Source of the DNA: Candidatus Nanohalobium sp.
GTDB lineage: Archaea; Nanohalarchaeota; Nanosalinia; Nanosalinales; Nanosalinaceae
Length of the DNA: 15,190 nt
Assembly (NCBI GenBank): GCA_042217545.1
Contig: JBDGSM010000015.1
Location: forward strand, 1-15,190
Direction: 5' to 3'
Below the pieces are notes generated by a model that was given only the letters and a program-made list of their open reading frames with translations, was not told the origin of the DNA and did no database searches. Numbering within the stretch: position 1 is the stretch's first letter; each line of letters begins with the position of its first letter. Both the position numbers and the translations under genes were made by a program. This document shows positions 8,288 to 15,190 of the stretch, one piece after another.

Positions 8288-9049
8288 TTAAAATTCTTTC
8301 TTCTTCCCTTTGAACCCGATCATATCCTCATAACCATCGGTTGACATAAGGACCGGACAGAAACTTTCTGAGGCCTTTTTGACGTTTTCCCTGTTTTCGG
8401 CGTATTTCTCTCCTTTTTCGAGTGGTACGAAGTTCTCCGCCTTGAATTCGTAGTTTTCTCCTTTTGCTCTGTCGTAGACCTCGAAGACTTCTGGTTCCGA
8501 TCGATCGTATTTTTGATCTATTACTCCTTCAGCGGCGAGTAAGTTGAGCAGTATCTGGCAGGTCATCTGCGCTGATTGCGGGCTTGCGTCAGGTCCTGCC
8601 TCGACAGTGACGCCGTTGAGGTGGTTGATCATTCCTCCCTCCACGTAGGAGATCTCGACAAGGTTCTCCATGCAGGTATGTCTCGCCAGTTCGTATGTTT
8701 CCTCCGTAAGGCCTGAAACGATGGCGAAAGGAGTTTTCGGAGACTCAGAGGAATGGAAGTCTATTACTTTGAGGCCTTCAAGCTCCTCCAGAAGCCTTGC
8801 CGCCAATCTCTCCTCATGACTGTCACTATCCCCATCTCCCGGAAATGCATGGTTCAGATCTCTGTCTATGTAGCGTTCTCCTCTGTAGAAGGCTTTTTCG
8901 TTGGCAAGGATGAACTTTACCGGTTCGTTGAGGCCTATCGCTTCTCTCTTGAACCTTTCGAAGGCCTTGAGACCACAGGGTTCGTCTCCGTGGATACAGG
9001 CCACGATAGCTATTTCCGGCTCTCCCTGTCCCAGGACTTCTGTCTTCAT
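8288..9049 (-). CDS. Succinylglutamate desuccinylase/aspartoacylase-family hydrolase, paralogue 2
   Basis: HGDEPCG, DLNHAFPG, DFHS, TVEAG, PVLMSTDGY; alignable end to end with 4859-5629. ATG 9049 has SD CAGGTGAG. Confidence 0.88.
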   Translation of the reverse strand: MKTEVLGQGEPEIAIVACIHGDEPCGLKAFERFKREAIGLNEPVKFILANEKAFYRGERYIDRDLNHAFPGDGDSDSHEERLAARLLEELEGLKVIDFHSSESPKTPFAIVSGLTEETYELARHTCMENLVEISYVEGGMINHLNGVTVEAGPDASPQSAQMTCQILLNLLAAEGVIDQKYDRSEPEVFEVYDRAKGENYEFKAENFVPLEKGEKYAENRENVKKASESFCPVLMSTDGYEDMIGFKGKKKEF

Positions 9050-9144
9050 TTTCTCACCTGTTGAAGGCCTTTTCCTGGTTTTCGAGATGTTTCGAGGATG
9101 TGAAGTCGTTTTTGTGGTAGTTGGATGTTTGTTCACCTTGTAGT

Positions 9145-9170
9145 GCAGAGCTCAGGATAGTTGGCTCTGC
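9145..9170 (-). promoter_or_regulatory. Stem-loop directly after micropeptide A
   Basis: GCAGAGC/GCTCTGC 7-bp stem with a 12-nt loop; overlaps the palindrome GCTTCTAGAAGC (9169-9180). Confidence 0.45.
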
Positions 9171-9172
9171 TT

Positions 9173-9250
9173 CTAGAAGCTATAGAAATAGTAGAATCCT
9201 GTAAAATGTGAGAAACTCAAAACGAGCTGATATAGAACTGGACGAGTCAT
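9173..9250 (-). CDS. Aromatic-rich micropeptide A, 25 aa: MTRPVLYQLVLSFSHFTGFYYFYSF
   Basis: AAGGAGG upstream; ATGA overlap with the preceding small ORF; homologous to 11575-11643. Confidence 0.6.
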   Translation of the reverse strand: MTRPVLYQLVLSFSHFTGFYYFYSF

Positions 9251-9318
9251 AGTATATCTCGGGCCTCCTTGATCGCTTTCTCTTTACGTTCTGGATCCGA
9301 ATCCATTTTCCCGATCAT
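9247..9318 (-). CDS. Small ORF or gene remnant MIGKMDSDPERKEKAIKEARDIL
   Basis: Protein-like charged helix; its TGA overlaps the ATG of micropeptide A. Confidence 0.3.
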   Translation of the reverse strand: MIGKMDSDPERKEKAIKEARDIL

Positions 9319-9340
9319 TATATCGCCGTAGAAGGCCTTC

Positions 9341-10267
9341 CTACTGTTTCAGGTCTAGCTCTTCTCTGGCCAGTTCTACTGCTTCTTCATAGCTATTCAG
9401 GGCCTTCACCGTGTCCTTCGGTGAGTGATAGATGTCCAGTACCTCGTGGTACTCCGATGCCACGAACTTGACTTTGTCCTCGTAGCCCTCAGTATTCAGG
9501 ACTATAGCTTTCTCCACAATCTCAGGATTTTCTATGACTTTCTGGGAGTTTCTCCCCAGCGAATCTGCAAGGAAGATTTCTTCTGCTCCCTTTATCTGCT
9601 CGATGTATTCATCCTCGAACCTTCTGTAACCGTAGCAGTGGTACGGTTTTTCCTGTGATATTTCCTCAGCTCCAGCAAATACTACAAGGTTCTCCTCCAG
9701 GTCCAGTTCGTCCAGTAACTCAATAATGAGGCTGACCGTGAACCCATTGTCAATGAAGCCTCCCCAGGTGCTGTCGTAATGAGTCAAAATTATCCTGTCG
9801 GGATCCTCCTCGTTTCCTACAAGGATATTCCGGGATTCATGGCTGACCCATTCGACCTCGAGATAACCCTCGACTTCATCCGCTCTTAATACTTTTTCCA
9901 CGTCTTCGGGGCTGATGGCGACTGAAGGAGCCTCGTAGAAGTTCGGAACTGAAATTCCGTCCGCATACGGGTTAAAGTTGATGTTAGGCCTGTTCATAGA
10001 TCCCTGACCGTTCAAGATAGAGTTTACCAGGGCCTTGGACTCGATCTTTCCAGATTCAAGGCCTGAAGGCAGACAACGAATCTCTTCTCCGTCGGCTTCC
10101 AGACCCCAGTCCCTGAAATCCGGTACGAGTATCTGAAAGGCCTGAGTACTGTAATCATATTCAGATATCTCTTCCTCTATCAGTTCCGCTGCTTTTTTCT
10201 CGTCTTCGAGCTGTCTCGGGGCCAGATCCGCGAGCCTTGAGGCCCTCTGTACAACTTCTTCTTTCAT
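9341..10267 (-). CDS. M28-family Zn metallopeptidase
   Basis: THYDS, IDN, AEE, ADSLG and YHSPKD metal-ligand motifs. Confidence 0.85.
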   Translation of the reverse strand: MKEEVVQRASRLADLAPRQLEDEKKAAELIEEEISEYDYSTQAFQILVPDFRDWGLEADGEEIRCLPSGLESGKIESKALVNSILNGQGSMNRPNINFNPYADGISVPNFYEAPSVAISPEDVEKVLRADEVEGYLEVEWVSHESRNILVGNEEDPDRIILTHYDSTWGGFIDNGFTVSLIIELLDELDLEENLVVFAGAEEISQEKPYHCYGYRRFEDEYIEQIKGAEEIFLADSLGRNSQKVIENPEIVEKAIVLNTEGYEDKVKFVASEYHEVLDIYHSPKDTVKALNSYEEAVELAREELDLKQ

Positions 10268-10276
10268 AGTTTTTAT

Positions 10277-11413
10277 TCACCTCAGAGCCATGTTAAGGAT
10301 TTGCTCTGTGACGTCCTCGAAACTCTCGGACCTCAGATCAGCTGACTGGATCTCTTCCCTTTTCTGCTGTGAAGGGTAGAGATTGAGGACCATGCCGTTT
10401 TTCTTGAGGCTTGAAGAGCCCCCGAACCTTGTGTCGTTCAGTTCCTCCATCACATAGCTGGGAACTCTGGCGTGGTAATCATCCTCAGAAGATACATCTA
10501 TGAACGGGAAGCTTTCGAGGCCTTCCTGATGAGCCTGTCTCTCAAGCTCATCAGTATTCTCTGTCCTGAACTTTCCGTTGTCAAGGCCTCTGAGCATGTA
10601 ACCGACATCCTGATGAACTGCTGAGGGAAAGACCAGCGTTTCATAGTTGACCTCCGGAGGGAGTATACCCTCCTGTGAGGCCTCTTCCGTGGATAAAGTG
10701 ATGTCTCTGCGGTCGTCCAGCGATTCGTAGGTCTCTGTCCTCGGATCGTACTTCATTCCTACAATTTTGCCATCTGCGTCCTCGTATCCCAGGACTTCAG
10801 GCTCTTGTCCATGTTTAATCATCTGGTCTATCATGCTTCTCTGGATCTCTGTGAAGTCTCCTCTCGTCTGGACCAGAGGCGTCTCCAGGCTATCGTGGAG
10901 TTCTCTCAGGTTCGAGGCCTCGGCATCCGCTCCAAGCATCTCCTCTACGATCTGATCCGAGTTATCTCTCAAATTAACTTCGTGGGAACCGACGCTGTAA
11001 CCGTCCTGAATATCAGTCACCTGAGTAGACCAGAGGCCTTCCTCGGTAGAAACCACTGGCATCGCGTATCCTCTCTTCTCCGCGTTCCGCCCGTACATCT
11101 TATCTGTCAGAGGAGCACCTACGACGCTGTAATTTTCTATTTCTCCCTGTTCCTGCAGTTGATCACCTAACATACTTGCTACTTCCTGCATAGATATCTG
11201 CTCGACTGTCGAAGCCGGCTGCTGACGCGGGATAACGAAAGTGTAATCATCTTCAGCGTCCATCACCCCCGCATCCTCATAGGCCTCACGCAACCAATCT
11301 GCATCAACCTCTTCAAGGCCTATGTTATCGTAGTGCTGATCTATGAGAGCTTCTACATCTTCCTGTTTTGACTGTTCGTAGACCTGTTCGAACTCTGAGG
11401 AGTTTCTTATCAT
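10277..11413 (-). CDS. Hypothetical acidic protein, 378 aa
   Basis: Long ORF with halophilic composition, 9 nt from the M28 gene; no family recognised. Confidence 0.8.
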   Translation of the reverse strand: MIRNSSEFEQVYEQSKQEDVEALIDQHYDNIGLEEVDADWLREAYEDAGVMDAEDDYTFVIPRQQPASTVEQISMQEVASMLGDQLQEQGEIENYSVVGAPLTDKMYGRNAEKRGYAMPVVSTEEGLWSTQVTDIQDGYSVGSHEVNLRDNSDQIVEEMLGADAEASNLRELHDSLETPLVQTRGDFTEIQRSMIDQMIKHGQEPEVLGYEDADGKIVGMKYDPRTETYESLDDRRDITLSTEEASQEGILPPEVNYETLVFPSAVHQDVGYMLRGLDNGKFRTENTDELERQAHQEGLESFPFIDVSSEDDYHARVPSYVMEELNDTRFGGSSSLKKNGMVLNLYPSQQKREEIQSADLRSESFEDVTEQILNMALR

Positions 11414-11520
11414 GTATGATCAACTTGAAGACCTTTACGTATCAGAGTCTCTCTTGAAGATTTTTTGCATTGTTTTTGCGTACGTGATGCGTTGAAGGTA
11501 TAGTCTTGTGTGTTAAACAT
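11410..11520 (-). CDS. Small basic ORF, 36 aa: MFNTQDYTFNASRTQKQCKKSSRETLIRKGLQVDHT
   Basis: Strong SD CAGGTGA 5 nt before the ATG; ATGA overlap with the 378-aa gene, which has no clear SD of its own. Confidence 0.55.
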   Translation of the reverse strand: MFNTQDYTFNASRTQKQCKKSSRETLIRKGLQVDHT

Positions 11521-11574
11521 AGATATCACCTGTTAAGATTCGAAGCCAACCGTGGAAAACTTATGGTTCACTTC

Positions 11575-11643
11575 TCAGAACATAAAGCTATAGAAATAGC
11601 TGCCGCTAAACCAGAAACCTGTAGAATTCCGGAAACCGTTCAT
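11575..11643 (-). CDS. Aromatic-rich micropeptide B, 22 aa: MNGFRNSTGFWFSGSYFYSFMF
   Basis: First ATG after a BRE/TATA; 9 of 22 residues are F/Y/W; homologous to micropeptide A. Confidence 0.6.
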   Translation of the reverse strand: MNGFRNSTGFWFSGSYFYSFMF

Positions 11644-11685
11644 GTTCTCTGGCGCGGACACAGTAAACTATCCAGTGAGCAACTG

Positions 11686-11700
11686 TTTTTTAACTTTCGG
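11686..11700 (-). promoter_or_regulatory. BRE/TATA (CCGAAAG-TTAAAAAA)
   Basis: Consensus-like archaeal promoter about 43 nt upstream of ATG 11643. Confidence 0.55.
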
Positions 11701-11740
11701 TCTACTGACCTACAGAAGTAAGAAAAAGTGAATATTCGAT

Positions 11741-12910
11741 TTAGTTTTTCAAGGCCTCTACCGCTGCCAGTTTCTCCCCGCTCATATACCTTACGAAGGC
11801 TCCTCCGGCTATGGATACATGTGAGAAATCCTTGATTTCGTGGTCAAACCTGTGTACAAGCGAGGAAGTGTGTCCTCCTCCTATGACCGTGAAGGCGTCG
11901 TTCCCTGCCATCGCACCTACTACTGCTTTACTTCCGTTTTCATGTCCCTGGTCGAACGCTCCCATGGGGCCTTTCATCACGACTGAATCGGCGTCCTCTA
12001 TGGCTTTCACGTATTTTGCCTGGGTCTTCTCCCCGATATCCCAGGTCATCTCATCCTCCGGAACTTCTCCGACTTCGTAGTTGCCGGAACGGGTTCTGAC
12101 GTCCTCGGGGATCATGATCTTTTCGCCATGGTTTTCAAGCATCTCTTTCAGCTCCGAGGCCTTGGAGTCGAATCCTTTCTCTTCTATCCAGTTTTCCTTT
12201 TTTCCAAGGCTTTCTCCCTGTATTGTCAGCGCTAGTTCTCCCGGTATTCCTCCCAGGAGGACTTTGTTGACGTCTTCGATCATTTCCCCCATCATGCCAA
12301 TTATATCCGAGGGCTTCTCGCCTCCGAGAACCAGTAGGCCTTCGTCGAACTCGTCCCGCACTTTTCCACAGCTTTCAAGCTCTCTCTGCATGATAGGTCC
12401 TGCGTAGCTGTCGATAAGTTCGGTAAATCCTACCATGGAGCCATGGCTTCTGTGTGCAGCGGAGAATGCATCGTCGACGTAAACGTCGAAGTAACAGACC
12501 ATGTTCTGTACAAAGAAATCCTGTGAGTGTTTCTCCGGCGAGGCGTTCTGCAGTTCCTCTGAGAGAAATCTTATGTTTTCAAGCATGCAGAGGTCCCCGT
12601 TGCCCATTGAAGCTATAGCATCGCCGAGGTGGGGGCCGAAAAAGCTCTGTACAAAGTTGACGTCCTGACCCAGGGACTCGGAAAGAAGCTGTGCATGTTC
12701 CTCAAGTGAAAGAAAGTCCTTCCTTGCAGGCCTTCCCTGGTGTGCCACGATCATCGTCCTGGCACCTGCGTCACTGAGCTCCTTTATGGTTTCAAGGTAT
12801 CTCTTGAACCTGACTGTCTTCTGGGGCTCCCCGTCCTCTACAGGAAGATTTAGATCAGTCCTCAGGAGTACGTTTTTGCCCTCAAGTTCAGCATCTTCAA
12901 TAGTATTCAC
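11741..12910 (-). CDS. pgk: Phosphoglycerate kinase
   Basis: LRTDLNLP, AHQGRP, LENIRF, DAFSAAHR, GGGHT, HVSIAGGA. Likely start GTG 12910 (MNTIEDAELEGK), with TATA-like ATTAAAAA at about 12946-12953. Confidence 0.95.
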   Translation of the reverse strand: MNTIEDAELEGKNVLLRTDLNLPVEDGEPQKTVRFKRYLETIKELSDAGARTMIVAHQGRPARKDFLSLEEHAQLLSESLGQDVNFVQSFFGPHLGDAIASMGNGDLCMLENIRFLSEELQNASPEKHSQDFFVQNMVCYFDVYVDDAFSAAHRSHGSMVGFTELIDSYAGPIMQRELESCGKVRDEFDEGLLVLGGEKPSDIIGMMGEMIEDVNKVLLGGIPGELALTIQGESLGKKENWIEEKGFDSKASELKEMLENHGEKIMIPEDVRTRSGNYEVGEVPEDEMTWDIGEKTQAKYVKAIEDADSVVMKGPMGAFDQGHENGSKAVVGAMAGNDAFTVIGGGHTSSLVHRFDHEIKDFSHVSIAGGAFVRYMSGEKLAAVEALKN

Positions 12911-12999
12911 AGGCAACCACTGTAATACGATGTAATACTTCCAGGTTTTTAATGTTACCACAGAGGAAGAGCTTTTAACGTTCAAGGCCTCAAAACTTG

Positions 13000-13056
13000 A
13001 TGATACCAATGAAAGGTGGACGTTTTGGACTGCAGTCAAATGCAGTCGCACGGTAG
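13000..13056 (+). CDS. Leader ORF L3, 18 aa: MIPMKGGRFGLQSNAVAR
   Basis: TTTTAA at 12973-12978 fits a leaderless start at ATG 13000; shares KGGRF with L1 and L2. Confidence 0.5.
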   Translation: MIPMKGGRFGLQSNAVAR

Positions 13057-13067
13057 TATAACGAACC

Positions 13068-13129
13068 CCGAAACTTCTGTGAAGTTTCTCATGACCAGAA
13101 ACTCTGCGAGTTTCGGATTTTCAAAATCC
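13068..13129 (+). promoter_or_regulatory. Cluster of inverted repeats upstream of glyS, possible RNA switch
   Basis: GAAACTTC-TGT-GAAGTTTC (13070-13088), GAAACTC-TGC-GAGTTTC (13098-13114), GGATTT-TCA-AAATCC (13115-13129). Confidence 0.6.
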
Positions 13130-13171
13130 TCTAGTTCTGACTATAAAAATTTCCAGTTCGGTGCTTGATCT

Positions 13172-14896
13172 ATGGACAATCTTACTGAAAAGATAGCCGA
13201 GCTGTCGAAAAGGCGTGGTTTCTTCTTCCAGAGCAGCGAAGCTTATGGTGGCGTTTCAGGTTTCCAGACCTTCGGACCTGAAGGCGCAGAAGTCAAGAGA
13301 AAGATCGAAAACTCGTGGAGAGAAACTTTCTCCCGCTCACTCGGGCACAGAGAGATAGAAGCTCCGACAATCATGCCAGAGGAGGTTTTCAAGGCCTCAG
13401 GCCATCTGGATACGTTCGACGACATGATAATCGAGTGTCCGGAGTGCGAGAACTCTCATAGAGCCGATCACCTGGTAGAGGACAATACAGAGATCGAGGA
13501 AGCTGAATCTTTCTCACATGAACAGGTGGAGGCCTTGATCAAGGAGCACGACCTGGTCTGTCCGAGCTGCGGCGAGAGCCTCTCCGATGTACCGGTTGAG
13601 GATTTCAACCTGATGTTTGAGACCTCGATAGGTCCTGGAAGCGGCGAACCAGGCTATCTCAGGCCTGAAACTGCACAGGGAATCTTCGTGGAGTTCCCAC
13701 GGCTGAAAGAATACGCACGGAACCAGTTGCCTTTCGGTATCACCCAGATCGGAAAGGCCTACAGAAACGAGATAAGTCCGAGAAAAGGCCTTGTCCGTGT
13801 ACGTGAACTGACTCAGGCGGAGCTGGAGCATTTCATCGATCCTGAGGAGGACGAGCCTCCGATCGAGGATGTTGAACACGTGGAGGTCAAGCTGTACTCC
13901 CGTGAGGAACAGAAGGCTGAAGATGGAGAGGTAGTCAAGATAACGGTCAGAGAGGCCGTTGAAGACGAAGTCGTCGAGTCTGACTGGATCGCGTACTATC
14001 TAGGTATCGCGAAGCAGTGGTACGAGTCGATCGGCGTGGACATGGACCGGTTCAGGTTCAGGCAGCATCAGAACGACGAGCTTTCTCATTACGCCAGCGA
14101 TTGCTGGGATGCAGAGGCAGACACAAGCGCACCCGGTGCCCAGCCCGACTGGATCGAGATAACCGGTTTCGCCTACAGAGGCTGTTACGACCTCAAGAAG
14201 CACAATAAGTACTCCCGCGAGGACTATACTATCTTCAAGGAGTACGACGAGCCGAGGACAGTAGAGAAAAACACGGTCAGCCCAGACATGGGCTACTTAG
14301 GCCCTGAGTTCGGTGATAAAGCGGGCGAGATTAAAGAAAAGCTGGAGGAACTGGCAGAGGAGAATCCTGAGGCCTTTGAAGCCGACAAGGTCCTGGTCGA
14401 GGTCGATGGCGAGGAGTTCTCGATTCCGGAGGAGAAATGTAACTTTTCAGTCGACGAGGTTACTGAGAACGGTGAGCGCATTCTTCCTCAGGTTGTCGAG
14501 CCTTCGTTCGGTATCGACAGGATTGTCTACACGGTTCTGGCCCATGCTTTCGATGAGGACGAGGTGAACGGCGAGGAACGTACAGTTCTACGCCTGAATG
14601 AAGAGGTCGCACCGACTGAAGTAGCTGTCTTCCCTCTTATGGACAAGGAAGGCCTCGGCGAGAAAGCTCGTGAAGTAGCATCTATGCTGCGGAACGAAGG
14701 TTTCTCCGTCAAGTACGATGACACAGGCAACATCGGTAAGCGTTACAGGCGGCAGGACGAGGTCGGCACACCTGTCTGCGTAACGATTGATTACGAGACA
14801 CTGGAGGACGAGCCCGAGACCGTGACCGTCAGGGACAGGGATTCAACGGAACAGAAACGTGTAGAGATCGATGATCTAGCTGAGCGCCTGAGATAG
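13172..14896 (+). CDS. glyS: Glycyl-tRNA synthetase (alpha2, archaeal/eukaryotic type)
   Basis: KRRGFF, ASGH, YLRPETAQG, YRNEISPR, EPSFGIDR, IGKRYRRQDEVGTP anticodon-binding domain. Confidence 0.97.
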   Translation: MDNLTEKIAELSKRRGFFFQSSEAYGGVSGFQTFGPEGAEVKRKIENSWRETFSRSLGHREIEAPTIMPEEVFKASGHLDTFDDMIIECPECENSHRADHLVEDNTEIEEAESFSHEQVEALIKEHDLVCPSCGESLSDVPVEDFNLMFETSIGPGSGEPGYLRPETAQGIFVEFPRLKEYARNQLPFGITQIGKAYRNEISPRKGLVRVRELTQAELEHFIDPEEDEPPIEDVEHVEVKLYSREEQKAEDGEVVKITVREAVEDEVVESDWIAYYLGIAKQWYESIGVDMDRFRFRQHQNDELSHYASDCWDAEADTSAPGAQPDWIEITGFAYRGCYDLKKHNKYSREDYTIFKEYDEPRTVEKNTVSPDMGYLGPEFGDKAGEIKEKLEELAEENPEAFEADKVLVEVDGEEFSIPEEKCNFSVDEVTENGERILPQVVEPSFGIDRIVYTVLAHAFDEDEVNGEERTVLRLNEEVAPTEVAVFPLMDKEGLGEKAREVASMLRNEGFSVKYDDTGNIGKRYRRQDEVGTPVCVTIDYETLEDEPETVTVRDRDSTEQKRVEIDDLAERLR

Positions 14897-14905
14897 AGGC
14901 CTCAA

Positions 14906-14932
14906 TTCCTTTTCTTCTCTTTATCTTTCATT
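14906..14932 (+). terminator. Pyrimidine/T-rich tract after glyS, possible terminator
   Basis: TTCCTTTTCTTCTCTTTATCTTTCATT about 10 nt after the stop. Confidence 0.4.
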
Positions 14933-15007
14933 AACTGCTGGAAGGCCCTGCTTCACAGCATTTTTAATTTTTAGACAGGCCTAAACTTTTCCAGTGATTC
15001 GATCCAG

Positions 15008-15190
15008 ATGTCGATGAGAGAAGTTATAGAAGAGCTTGAACAGGGCTGTACGCGGGGACGTTACAGAGAAGAGATACTAGAATATGCGGAGGACGTTGAG
15101 GAGTACTTTGATTCTTTTGAGGACGCCGCCGAGTTTGTGAAGGCCTATGAGAGCGAGTATGATGTGAGGAATCCTAACTTTGACCCCGAG
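15008..15190 (+). CDS. Partial hypothetical acidic protein (MSMREVIEELEQG...)
   Basis: 61 open codons to the window end; acidic composition. Confidence 0.7.
   Translation, partial: MSMREVIEELEQGCTRGRYREEILEYAEDVEEYFDSFEDAAEFVKAYESEYDVRNPNFDPE

Larger units (their letters stand above)
176..15146. repeat. Dispersed, highly iterated palindrome AGGCCT
   Basis: About 63 copies counted by eye versus about 4 expected for a hexamer in 15.2 kb. Confidence 0.9.

Noticed and set aside
9050..9136. 29-aa basic extension of hydrolase paralogue 2, or read-through from micropeptide A (same frame)
   Set aside because: Strong SD at ATG 9049 and the paralogue alignment starts there; two stops separate it from micropeptide A.
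11455..11480. A-runs as a slippery site into the 378-aa gene
   Set aside because: The small ORF already ends in an ATGA overlap, so no shift is needed.
12911..13051. N-terminal extension of PGK in the ORF track
   Set aside because: Not homologous to PGK, not acidic, and spans promoter elements; GTG 12910 fits better.
12991..13140. C/D-box sRNA, K-turn or hammerhead (TGATGA ... CTGA; CAAAAC/GTTTTG stem)
   Set aside because: Box spacing of about 140 nt is too long, no clear C'/D' boxes, irregular K-turn bulge and incomplete hammerhead core. A K-turn over the L3 start is not fully excluded.
55..14733. Many antisense or overlapping ORFs in the track (e.g. 5169-5717, 5333-5899, 5948-6439, 11506-11721)
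   Set aside because: Mostly shadows of real genes on the opposite strand or in alternate frames, with no motifs and non-halophilic composition.

Overview
Archaeal chromosomal region of about 50% GC. The strongly acidic proteins, BRE/TATA promoters and GGAGGTGA-type SD sites suggest an extreme halophile, probably a nanohaloarchaeon (inference). In order: three KaiC/RecA-superfamily proteins (one fused to an MglA-like small GTPase), a SpoIIM-like membrane protein, then an ~8 kb minus-strand block (transcription order: unknown 378-aa protein, M28 peptidase, AstE/AspA-family hydrolase, unknown acidic ORF, trpB, trpA, second AstE/AspA paralogue, trpS), then pgk and glyS. The most interesting signals are in the intergenic DNA, below the ORF-track cutoff. 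(1) Three short leader ORFs share K-G-G-R-F-X, with X = Trp twice upstream of trpBA/trpS and X = Gly upstream of glyS. The trpB-proximal copy resembles a prfB-style +1 frameshift cassette (SD-like GGGTGGA, 3 nt, TTT-TGG) feeding a Trp-free ORF coupled to trpB. (2) Two homologous Phe/Tyr-rich micropeptides (TGF...YFYSF) precede the hydrolase genes. (3) The palindrome AGGCCT occurs about 60 times versus about 4 expected, like cyanobacterial HIP1. Items 1 and 2 suggest a possibly undescribed translation-based amino-acid-sensing system.
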